From positions 89,962,001 to 90,026,000 of the forward strand of contig OZ024744.1 in the NCBI GenBank assembly GCA_964016885.1: a DNA stretch of 64,000 bases, given 5' to 3'. The translations under genes and the position numbers were made by a program. The DNA comes from Eledone cirrhosa. Lineage: Eukaryota. The notes under the pieces were generated by a model. The model searched no databases. It saw only the letters and a program-made list of their open reading frames with translations, and was not told the DNA's origin. Shown piece after piece: positions 53,890 through 64,000 of this stretch; positions within the stretch are counted from its first letter, which is position 1, and each line of letters starts with the position of its first letter.

Positions 53890-54770
53890 ACAAGTAAAAA
53901 TTAGTGAGAATCGAATTTCAGCCCATGAAATAACGAGAAAACACTTTCGAATTGTGAGGCAAGCGCTCAATAATTCAAAAGAATTAGAGCTTACAACTTA
54001 CGTTAAAGGCCAAACACACTGAGATGGTGGTTAAACTAACCATCCACACAGCGAAGATTCGATCTCCTATTTCGGGTCAAACAGATATACAGATATGAAA
54101 AATATATGAAAGCATAAATGTTTTATACTCACCCGGACCCCTGGAATGATGGTAAAGTCCAGTGTTAGGGTTTCTGCGGCTCCATAAGTCATTTACTGTC
54201 CACTTACATAAAGGATGTTAAGTTTCTCGTATCCTGACTGAACTAGGAGTACGCGTTGTCAACAGGATTCAGTTCGAAGGTCCACATAGATGTGTCTGTA
54301 ACTGACCCCACGTGGGGTTCAGCAAGGGAGGCAACACCTAAATTAGGCGATTGAATTCATCTGTGTATAATATTGCGAAAATGCAAAATATCACAAATCG
54401 AATGAAGCTCTCGACAGAGTGGTTAAATATAACACAGCTATTCGGCAGTCAATAGAGTAGACCAAAACCAGTCAATAAAATTAACTGGCCAATAGCTAGA
54501 CTCTGGAGATTAATACAAGTAAAAATTAGCGAGAATCGAATTTCAGCCCATGAAATAACGAGAAAACACTTTCGAATTGTGAGGCAAGCGCTCAATAATT
54601 CAAAAGAATTAGAACTTACAACTTACGTTAAAGGCTAAACACACTGAGATGGTGGTTAAACTAATTATCCACACAGCGAAGATTCGATCTCCTATTTCGG
54701 GTCAAACAGATATACAGATATAAAAATATATGAAAATATACATGTTTGATACTCACCCGGACCTCTCGAA
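53890..54770. repeat. Unclassified interspersed repeat with partial tandem duplication (relatives at 16705-17225 and 40772-40970)
   Basis: 53890-54145 is repeated at 54515-54765. Shares GGCAAGCGCTC, AGGGTTTCTGCG and CACAAATCGAAT.AAGCTCTCGAC with 16705-17225. Confidence 0.75.
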
Positions 54771-54903
54771 CTATATATATAGATATATAGATATATATAT
54801 AGATATATATATATATATATATATATAGTTCGAGATAAACAAGACGAACTTATATATATATATATAATCACATGTAAATACATGATTATTTTCATATTTT
54901 CAG

Positions 54904-54982
54904 CGAACCTGGTATGGCCTAAAACTGATCTGACGTACAAGTTCATTTCATTTACCACTGATATTTCCATTGCGACACAAAA
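54904..54982 (+). CDS. MMP exon: start of catalytic domain
   Basis: ttttcag acceptor, gtaagt donor. Reads (S)NLVWPKTDLTYKFISFTTDISIATQ(K), containing the W-x-K-x-x-LTY motif. Phase 1 in, phase 2 out. Confidence 0.92.
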
Positions 54983-55012
54983 GTAAGTGAAATCACATCT
55001 ATTCATTTAGTC

Positions 55013-55120
<108 letters not shown>

Positions 55121-56508
55121 CGAAGGAAATGTGGTAAGGAACCAGATGGACCATAACGCACCAAAGTACTCAATACTTATATATATAAAATTTAAAATGT
55201 GAGGAAATAATAGTAAAAATTATGCCTATAAGTTCTGACTGCAGTTTCGCAGAATAGCTTTGCAGCAATCATGCACCATCGCTGTGAGGTTAATAAGGCT
55301 TATCAAGAGACCCTCTCAGTTAGTGCACTGTTTCTTGACCCGATACCTTTATATCTGTGTGTGTGTATATCATTACTATATTGTCCCAAACTCCCTTATA
55401 GTCGAGTTAACCAGGCGGGTGCTAACTGCTTTTTCTAACGCATACGATACTCACTTAATATCCACCTTGACTTCCCTTCTGTGACCGCTGTATCATGTGT
55501 TAATTTCTTCCTCTCGAGAATTATTCACTTGTCAAGAAACAGTCCATTAACTGAGGGGTCTCTTGATAAGCCTTATTAACCACACAGCGATGGTTCACTT
55601 CTAAATAGCATGATTACTGCAATTTTAAGGTGAGAAAGCGATTGATTGAGAAAGAGATATAGAAAACGAATACACTCCAATACTGGATAGGTGCTTTTTA
55701 TAAAGTTCTCAAAAGGATAAAGAGAAAAGTTGACCTTGGTGGAATTTGAACTGAGAGCGCAGAGAGCTGCAACGAATACTGCAAAGCACATTGTCTGCTG
55801 ATAAAGCAAATGCAGTGTTACAAGTTTGAGGTTGCATTTGTTTTCTGCATCTGCAGAAACATAGGTGCAGACTAAATTAGGTGCATATGCCACATTGCAC
55901 TCTGAGACAGGTTTTATTCCTTCAAAGTTCAGTCCATAATTCATTGAGTGAGTGATGTGTGCAATTTATCTATTATGTCTGTCTTGTCGGATCCCTTTCT
56001 CAGTAGTGTTGTCACTCCACGATCAGCTAGCATCACTTGGTATGTTACCAATCTGTTGCCAGATTGTAGAGAAATAACGAGACAATAACAAACAGCCGAC
56101 TGAAGCTAACAAAAATTTGGTCAAAGTGCTAAAAAAAAAAAACCGACGTCTACTTGAAATTGGATAGTATGCGCCAGTTACAATACGTCAAATAATGAAA
56201 TGGGACTATATTACTACGCTGCTGCACCTCCGCCACTCTCATCTTTTAAAGTAGTCTGTAATTATAATTACAAGACTACGTTACATTACATTACGTTACA
56301 ATCCACATTTTGCATTTTCTTCAACGACATTTAAACTTCCTGAAAATTTGTTTCTGATAAATTAATTAATTAATCAAATCTGCTTGGTTTCATCAACATC
56401 ATCATCATCATCATTAAGATTTGTTTTAAATTAGCTTAACCTTCGTTTCATATTTCATTATCCGTTTTTATTTTTATTTCCTATATTTATTTCCCTCGCC
56501 CTCAAAAG

Positions 56509-56645
56509 GTCCGAATTTAAGAGAGCTTTCGACGAGTGGGCGAAACATACCCTATTGACGTTTACTGAAACCTCCGGACCTGCCGATATAGATATAAAGT
56601 TTGCCACTAGAGACCATGGAGATGGTAACGACTTCGATGGAGAAG
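56509..56645 (+). CDS. MMP exon: catalytic domain middle
   Basis: AG acceptor at 56507-56508, gtaag donor at 56646. Reads (K)SEFKRAFDEWAKHTLLTFTETSGPADIDIKFATRDHGDGNDFDGE(G), with the AF-x-x-W, ADI and HGD..FDG motifs. Confidence 0.95.
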
Positions 56646-56782
56646 GTAAGATTATTATTATTCTTTTTAATGAGAGAAAGAAACAAATAATTTTTTAATA
56701 AACTATCTTTTATCCTAGTTATCGAGGCTGTAGGAAATATATTTTCTATAATTTCGGTTGCTCAAAATTACTCAATAAGATA

Positions 56783-56930
56783 TACAGGTAAAATTCCGTT
56801 ATAACGAATACCATTATAAATAATGTTTCAGTATAACGAAATTTTTTCAGTCCCCGGCCACATGCTCGATGTGTTAGGTCGATATCGTTGTAAAGAATTT
56901 TTCGTTACAACGAATTTTTTTAATACCCGT
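56783..56930. mobile_element. Pogo/Tigger-like MITE fragment
   Basis: TA|CAGG start, TATAACGA repeats, shares CCCCGGCCACATGCTC with the 40353 copy in reverse orientation. Confidence 0.55.
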
Positions 56931-57234
56931 GAACATATAAGCGAGCTAACAACTCTAACAAAATGTGCAAACAAAATGTATTTTTGTAATCGACCGGTTG
57001 CAAGTAGTATTGCCCCTGATCCATGGGTTTCTGGAAGTGCATACTGCATTGAGAAATGCAAGTTGAAATTTGACAACTACAATGGTAACGTAAGTGCATC
57101 TATGCATCCTAAACTCTACAATGCTTCGTCAACGGATATAATGCTTTCACAGCACAACATAGTGTAGCTCTGTGCATTCTGGGTATGTGCAATGTTTTGT
57201 TGGGACTTGGGGTTTTCTATTTTATTAAATGTAC

Positions 57235-57655
57235 TTTACATATGATCATGAATCTTGGGTACTGACCGAAAGAATACGATCGCGAATACAAGCGGTCGAA
57301 ATGGGGTTCTTCCGAAGAGTCTTTGGAGTAACATTACTTGATAGAGTACGTAGCTCGGAGATCAGAGAGTCACTCCAGGTAGAGCCGCTACTTCTCCGAA
57401 TTGAGAGCTCACAGCTCCAATATTATGAACATGTGGTTAGAATGTCACAGAAAAAAATTGCTGGACAGATTTTACGGGCAAAATCAACCGGTAGGAGTCA
57501 CATCCATGAGTTTGGCTGGTCACGCTTGGAGATCCAACCGTATCAGTTGGAGACGGTTGCTTCTGACAGGACCAACTGGAAGGAGTGTTTGAGGACTCCC
57601 CCCCCCCCCCCCCCCACGACCCTCTCAGGAATAAATGGGCGAAGAAAACATGAAG
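57235..57655 (+). mobile_element. RTE-clade LINE 3' fragment
   Basis: Reads ESWVLTERIRSRIQAVEMGFFRRV..DRVRSSEIRE..HVVRM..DRTNW. Confidence 0.85.
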
Positions 57656-58094
57656 AAGTACTTTACGTAATATGTGTACAGTGCTCAGTAATGGTATTGT
57701 CTGTGTGTTGTGTACATGTGGAAGTCTTAGGTTAAGAATTATGCACTTGTCTTTTTAATAATTCATAGTACATAATAAATGCAGACGTTAGTTTTTTTTT
57801 TATTTTTGTATAGTTTAATTAATATAACATCCAACTGAGGATATTATAACTACTAGCAGAAAACCCTTTAGGTGGTTTTCTGCTAGCATGTGTAGTGTGC
57901 ATATTGATATTATATGCAATATAAACGTTATGATATAACGATGCAAATATATAAACGTTTATATAAGCGTTATAAGCGTTATAATATAGCGTCCGTTATG
58001 TCATAATCGGAAGTGTAGACATTTGAAAAGTTCAAATGAAATGAATCTTAAAATAAACAATCATTATATATAAGAATATATAATATATAATATA

Positions 58095-58285
58095 GGGTGG
58101 TGGATTGGCAGTATCAGTAGAGGGTCGGACGCAATACTTTCCAGCACAGTTACGTCGCTTTACGGACTGAGTTCAAATCCCACCGAGGTTAACTTTGCCT
58201 TTCATCCTTACGGGATCGATAAAATAAAGTACCAGTGATACACTGGGATAATTGCTGGCCTTGTGCTAAAAAGTAGAAACAATTA
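58095..58285 (+). mobile_element. Same SINE, full length
   Basis: Same structure; ATTATATATAAGAATAT repeated on both sides. Confidence 0.9.
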
Positions 58286-58886
58286 TATATAAGAATATTT
58301 ATGTTTAATCAACAGCTACGAAATTTAGTACATAAATTATGTAATATTTATTCATTATTTATTCAAACGGGATAAAAAAATATATTCAGGACACAGTTCC
58401 ACACTCCTCCCTTTATTATATTATGACTAGCAGAAAACCACCTAGTCATAATAGCTCCACTGACGATGTTGCAGATGTATAATATCAATATACACACTAC
58501 ACATGCTAGCAGAAAACCACCCTTAGTAGTGTGTATATTGATATTATACTCAAGTATATATGCATGTAGATATGATACATCAAATAAAATCGTAATTGAG
58601 AATATATAATACACAGAAATTGAACGAAGTCTGTGTTACACTGTCTTATGTAATCAGTAACGTAATCCATGAGACATTAAAAAAGACGATATTATATATA
58701 AACTGCATTAGGAGAAAATTAGTGAGAGAAATATATGAATGTTTATTTAAGCGACCGCTAACCGGAAGTGTTGACATTTGCACATTTTAAAGAAATGAAT
58801 CTTTAAATAAGTAATAAAATATATTTAATGAACAGCCACGAAATTTAGTAGATAAATTATGTAATATTCATTCATTATTTATTCAA

Positions 58887-59075
58887 AGGGCGGTGGATTG
58901 GCAGTATCGGTAGAAGGTCGGACGCCATGCTTTCCAGCATAGTTACGTCCCTTTACGATCTGAGTTCAAATCCCGCCGAGGTTGACTTTGCCTTTCATCC
59001 TTACGGGGTCGATAAAATAAAGTACCAGTAAGGCACTGGGTAATTGCTGGCCTTGTGCCTAAAGTAGAAACAATT
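58887..59075 (+). mobile_element. tRNA-derived SINE (octopus OK-like), full length
   Basis: A-box-like TGGCAGTATCGG, B box GTTCAAATCC, core GCCTTTCATCCTTACGGGGTCGATAAA, tail CCTTGTGCCTAAAGTAGAAAC. Confidence 0.9.
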
Positions 59076-59085
59076 ATTTATTCAA

Positions 59086-59275
59086 AGGGCGGTGAATTGG
59101 CAGTATCGGTAGAGGGTTGGACGCCATGCTTTCTAGCATAGTTACGTCCCTTTACAGTCTGAGTTCAAATCCCACCAAGGTTAACTTTGCCTTTCATCCC
59201 TACGGGGTCGATAAAATAAAGTACCAGTAATGTACTGGGTAATTGCTGGCCCTGTGCCTAAAGTAGAAACAATTA
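59086..59275 (+). mobile_element. Same SINE, tandem second copy
   Basis: Same structure with several substitutions. Confidence 0.9.
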
Positions 59276-59534
59276 TTTATTCAAAGTAATCCAACTTATT
59301 TTACTAATGGGATAAAAAAAATTATAAACCGTACGCAGTCCTGCACTTCTTACTTTATTATAGTTTAGATAACTTCTTGTTTTGTCAGCTCATCTATTGA
59401 TGCCTAGAACTTTTATTCCGCTTATGTTTGTGTTCTGACTAGTTCGCTTCTTCCCGAATATTTGTTAGTCTGGGGCTGATTTAATAAAAAAAAAATCGAT
59501 GGCCTTGTGACCAAATTAGAAATCAATATTATGA

Positions 59535-59562
59535 TTGTTGTTGTTGTTGCTATTGCTGTTGC

Positions 59563-59623
<61 letters not shown>

Positions 59624-59720
59624 GCTGCTGCTGTTGTCGTTGTTGCTGTTGCTGTTGCTGCTGCGGCTGCAGTTGTTGCTGTTGTTGTTGTTGTTGCTGT
59701 TGCTATTGTTGTTGTTGTTT

Positions 59721-59773
<53 letters not shown>

Positions 59774-59823
59774 GGTGGTGGTGGTGGTGGTGTTGCTGTT
59801 GTTGTTGCTACTGCTGCTGCTGC

Positions 59824-59872
<49 letters not shown>

Positions 59873-59951
59873 GCTGCTGCTATTGTTGTCGTTGTTGTTG
59901 TTGGTGCTGTTGTTGTTGCTGTTGCTACTGCTGCTGCTTTGTTGTTGCTGT

Positions 59952-60004
<53 letters not shown>

Positions 60005-60005
60005 C

Positions 60006-60070
<65 letters not shown>

Positions 60071-60095
60071 CTTCTGCTGTTGTTGTTGTTGTTGC

Positions 60096-60142
<47 letters not shown>

Positions 60143-60179
60143 CTTCTGCTGTTGTTGTTGTTGTTGCTGTTGTTGTTGC

Positions 60180-60252
<73 letters not shown>

Positions 60253-60478
60253 CTTGTTGTGTTGTTGTTGTTGTTGTTGTTATTGTTGTTGTTGCTTCTG
60301 CTGCTGCTGTTGTTGTTGTTGTTGTTGTTGTTGCAGCTGTTGTTGTTAATGCTGTTGTTGTTGCTGATGTTGTTGCTGTTGTTGCTGCTGTTGTTGTTGT
60401 TGTTGTTGTTGTTGTTGCTGTTGTTGCTGTTGCTGTTGCGGTTGTTGTTGTTGTTGTTGTTGCTGCTGTTGTTGTCAC

Positions 60479-60518
<40 letters not shown>

Positions 60519-60643
60519 GCTACTGTTGTTGTTATTGTTGCTGTTGTTGTTGTTGTTGTCTATGTTGTAGTTGTTGTTGGTGTTGTTGTTGTTGTTGTCG
60601 TCGTCGTCGTCGTCGTTGTTGTCTATGTTGTTGTTGCTGTTGC

Positions 60644-60674
<31 letters not shown>

Positions 60675-60787
60675 GCTGTTTGTGTTGTTGCTGTTGCTGT
60701 TGCTGTTGTTGTTGTTGTTATTGTTGTTTGTGCTGTTGCTGTTGTTGTTATTGTTGTTTGTGCTGTTGCTGTTGTTGTTGCTGCTGG

Positions 60788-60839
<52 letters not shown>

Positions 60840-60840
60840 G
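59535..60840. repeat. 1.3 kb (GTT/GCT/GAT)n trinucleotide array in an MMP intron
   Basis: Direct inspection; ends ~50 bp before the 60890 acceptor. Confidence 0.97.
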
Positions 60841-60889
60841 ATTTTGATGATAATGATGACATCTTTTACTAATCTCCATAAAATTCTAG

Positions 60890-61135
60890 GTTTCGTTCTA
60901 GCGCATGCCTTCTATCCGGAAAACGGTGATATACATATGGATGACGATGAAACCTGGAGCGCCTTTTCAGTAAATGGTAGAAACATATTTACTGTGGCAT
61001 TACATGAAATCGGGCATTCACTTGGGATTTCTCATAGCAACAATAAAGATGCCATTATGTACCCATATATTAGACCATACGACGTGAATACGAAGCTACA
61101 TTCTGATGACATAGCTGCAATTCAGGAACTTTATG
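60890..61135 (+). CDS. MMP exon: zinc-binding catalytic site; gene continues after the donor
   Basis: TAG acceptor, gtaag donor at 61136. Contains LAHAFYP, GDIHMDDDETW, HEIGHSLGISH (HExxHxxGxxH), Met-turn AIMYP and DDIAAIQELYG. Confidence 0.97.
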
Positions 61136-61176
61136 GTAAGCGTTGGCGTTAAATATACATACATACATATATATAT

Positions 61177-61246
<70 letters not shown>

Positions 61247-61274
61247 AATGTAATCTGAGCTTTTCGAATATTAA

Positions 61275-61660
61275 TAATTGTTTCTACTTTTGGCACAAGG
61301 CCAGCAATTATCCCAGTGTATTACTGGTACTTTATTTTATCGACCCCGTCAGGATGAAAGGCAAAATTATCCTCGGCAAGATTTGAACTCAATCCGTAAA
61401 GGGACGTAACTGTGCTGCAAAGTATGGCGTCCGACCCTCTACCGATACTGCCAATCTACGCCCTGGTGGAATATTAATAATTGTTTCTACGTTAGGCACA
61501 AGGCCAGCAATTAACCAGTGCATTACTGGTACTTTATTTTATCGACCCCGTAAGGATGAAAGGCAAAGTTAATCTCAGCGGTATTTGAACTCAGAATGGC
61601 AAGGGCCGTAACTCTATATGTCAAAGCATGGCGTCCGACCCTCTCCCAATACTGCCAATT
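61275..61660 (-). mobile_element. Two tandem copies of the same SINE
   Basis: Reverse-complement copies at ~61275-61465 and ~61480-61660. Confidence 0.9.
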
Positions 61661-61806
61661 CGATTCGTTTACAATTTTGCAAACAAGCCTCAATTTTATA
61701 GCCATAAAATTGAGGCTTGTTTGCAAAATTGCAAACGAATCGAATGTTTAATATTAATATTCGAAAAACTCAGATTACATTTATTGTATTCAGCCATGTA
61801 GAGCGA

Positions 61807-61862
<56 letters not shown>

Positions 61863-62078
61863 TTCTCTCTCTGATGTTCTGGTCTTTCTCTCTCTCTCTC
61901 TTTTTCTCTCTCTCTCCTTCTCTATCTTTCTCTTTCCAACGGCTTATTTTAAAAATAAAAATATCCAATACTAATAATATAATTAAAGCTACAACTCCAC
62001 TATCCGGGAGCTTCCAACAGCAATGGTTGCATTCTTTAAGGGTATGTCAATATTTATTTATAAAACTTATCTATATTA

Positions 62079-62143
62079 TATTTTATCTGATGAAAGCACA
62101 CCATAATTTAACTTGATGTTCTTGAAATATGTATAATGAAATA
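62079..62143 (+). ncRNA. Type I hammerhead, AT-rich family
   Basis: Stem I UAUUUUAU/AUGAAAUA, CUGAUGA, weaker stem II AAG../..CUU, GAAAUAUGUAUA. Confidence 0.7.
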
Positions 62144-62182
62144 AATATGGTTTTATAAATATAGTTTCCATTTGTTAATATC

Positions 62183-62241
<59 letters not shown>

Positions 62242-62405
62242 TAACAGATTAAAGTTTAAGCAAAGAATCGCTGCTTTCACCCTTAACGGGATCTAAACTT
62301 TAATCTGTTATTTTAATAAATATTTGCTCTACGGTTCTTATATATTTGATATATATTTTCCTTATCGAGCCCTCTTTGGATTTTAGTCTTCAATTTTATT
62401 ATTAT

Positions 62406-62445
<40 letters not shown>

Positions 62446-62475
62446 CATACACACATATATATATATATTCATATC

Positions 62476-62529
<54 letters not shown>

Positions 62530-62702
62530 GTAGGTCCCGGGTTGAGTCGGGGATAACCACAGTAAGTAAGGTACTCAATACATGGCAGAGTAAAATTTTT
62601 TTATTTTATAGAAGGAGCTTCTACAGGACTAGTACTGTTTCATTCAGATGAAATCTTCAGGAAGCTTCAGAAATCTTCAGGAAGCTTCAGAAATCCTCAG
62701 GA

Positions 62703-62753
62703 AGCTTCCTGAAGATTTCATCTGAATGAAACAGTACTAGTCCTGTAGAAGCT
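62703..62753 (+). ncRNA. Type I hammerhead (mirror copy on - strand at 62616-62666)
   Basis: AGCUUC CUGAAGA U-UUC-aucu-GAA-U GAA ACAG-uacuaguc-CUGU A| GAAGCU; stem II is weak. Confidence 0.68.
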
Positions 62754-62757
62754 CCTT

Positions 62758-62818
<61 letters not shown>

Positions 62819-62961
62819 GTTAAAATACTGGAGCGTGTTGGAGTTAAACACCCTCTTCGTATTATAGAAATGACAGTAAAAGGTATAGCTCAATGTAGTT
62901 AAACAGAGCCGAAAAATTAAGAAAGTAAAACAAAGAAGCCTTCAATACATCAAAAGTCTTT

Positions 62962-63007
62962 ATTAGCCGACAATGTTTCGTCCTATTAAGGACTCATCAG
63001 GGCAATT
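62962..63007 (-). ncRNA. Type I hammerhead ribozyme, canonical core
   Basis: Minus strand: attGCC CUGAUGA GUCC-uuaaua-GGAC GAAAC-auu-GUC| GGCuaau. Confidence 0.9.
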
Positions 63008-63720
63008 AAAACAACAAGACGTATTATCGGCAGATACAAGCCGGAAGCTCCGAAGAATATGGAGTGTACATACACTAAAGTATTGCAAGATTATGGGTAA
63101 AAATATATAATAAAAATAATAAAAATATATAATAAAAATTACTAAGGATGTATATAACATTAAGAACCATATTACAAATATAGTCCAAAGCAAAAAAAAC
63201 TAGAGCTAAACAAAGGTGGTTATATAGAGCAGGAATTATATATAATACAATGTAATATAATATAATATACCTTTACCAATATTAAAATTACAATAAAAAT
63301 CAAAAGGTACAATATGCATATGTATATATGTACGCACACGTGCACACACATACACATACAACAATACACATATCCATCTTCAACTGCACAAATTAAACCT
63401 TATTAAGAGTTTGAATATAAAAATAAGCATGATAGGAATGAAAATAATAATAATAATAATAATACTAATACATCTACCCAATATACATGAGGTAATAATA
63501 TGATATAATTATAAGTAGCACATATAATAAATAATAAACAATACAATTATATACTATATAATATAATATAATAGAATAGATAATCTCCGGTTAATTTACA
63601 CAAACAATATAGATGTCACAATAATAATATAATAATAATATACTAACATTTATAATATACAATATATAATGGTACTCAAGTTAACAAATCAATTCATATT
63701 GGGTTACAGAGTAGGTGAGG

Positions 63721-63760
<40 letters not shown>

Positions 63761-63887
63761 AAAGTTTTATTTAAAATTGTTGGGTTACAACAAGTAAATA
63801 TTTTATAACTGATATAAAGCACTCAACAAGTTTTGGAGTAGATATACGATATTAAACAAATGGAAACTATATTTATAAAACCATATT

Positions 63888-63953
63888 TATTTCATTATAC
63901 ATATTTCGGGGATACCATATTAAAAATATGGCATGCCTTCTTCAGATAAAATA
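63888..63953 (-). ncRNA. Type I hammerhead, AT-rich family
   Basis: Minus strand: UAUUUUAU CUGAAGA AGGC-AUGCCAUAUU/AAUAUGGUAU-CCCC GAAAUAUGUAUA AUGAAAUA. Confidence 0.75.
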
Positions 63954-64000
63954 CAATATATAAGCAGTTTTATAAATAATTTTGACGTACCATAAATATT

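Noticed and set aside
55576-55944. 122-aa minus-strand ORF in non-repetitive intronic sequence
   Set aside because: No recognisable motif or splice structure; left unassigned.
57830-57890. CTGAGGA...GAAA hammerhead-like string (also 12558-12590)
   Set aside because: Stems I and II do not pair convincingly.
58887-58985. tRNA-like A/B boxes
   Set aside because: SINE head rather than a tRNA gene; no cloverleaf, and multi-copy with core and tail.
59507-60889. Poly-Leu/Val/Gln ORFs, including the poly-Leu 'N-terminus' of ORF 60571-61152
   Set aside because: Trinucleotide repeat within an intron; the real exon starts at the 60890 acceptor.

Overview
Repeat-rich eukaryotic (animal) DNA. The SINE family and the microsatellite load suggest an octopod cephalopod, which is inferred from recognition and not proven. 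The only host gene I can support is a + strand matrix metalloproteinase (MMP). Four phase-compatible GT-AG exons (40204-40304, 54904-54982, 56509-56645, 60890-61135) encode the end of the prodomain, with an atypical cysteine switch, and a complete catalytic domain. The rest is mostly mobile DNA. There are about 11 copies or fragments of a Tx1/L1-clade LINE (one intact, 41929-47945), an intact R4/Dong-type LINE plus truncated copies, two Penelope-like (GIY-YIG) elements, an internally deleted Helitron, RTE fragments, SINEs, MITE fragments and large micro/minisatellites. The most unusual signal is non-coding: more than ten type I hammerhead ribozyme cores or half-cores from several unrelated sequence families. 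They sit in or beside (AT)n tracts, several in short 'inverted arm + tail' fold-back elements, show stem covariation between copies, and include a U3:A8 core variant. A second signal is that two unrelated LINE clades stack into the same (TTA)n tracts, and the SINE 3' end resembles the Tx1 3' end. All folds and alignments were done by eye, and repeat boundaries are approximate.
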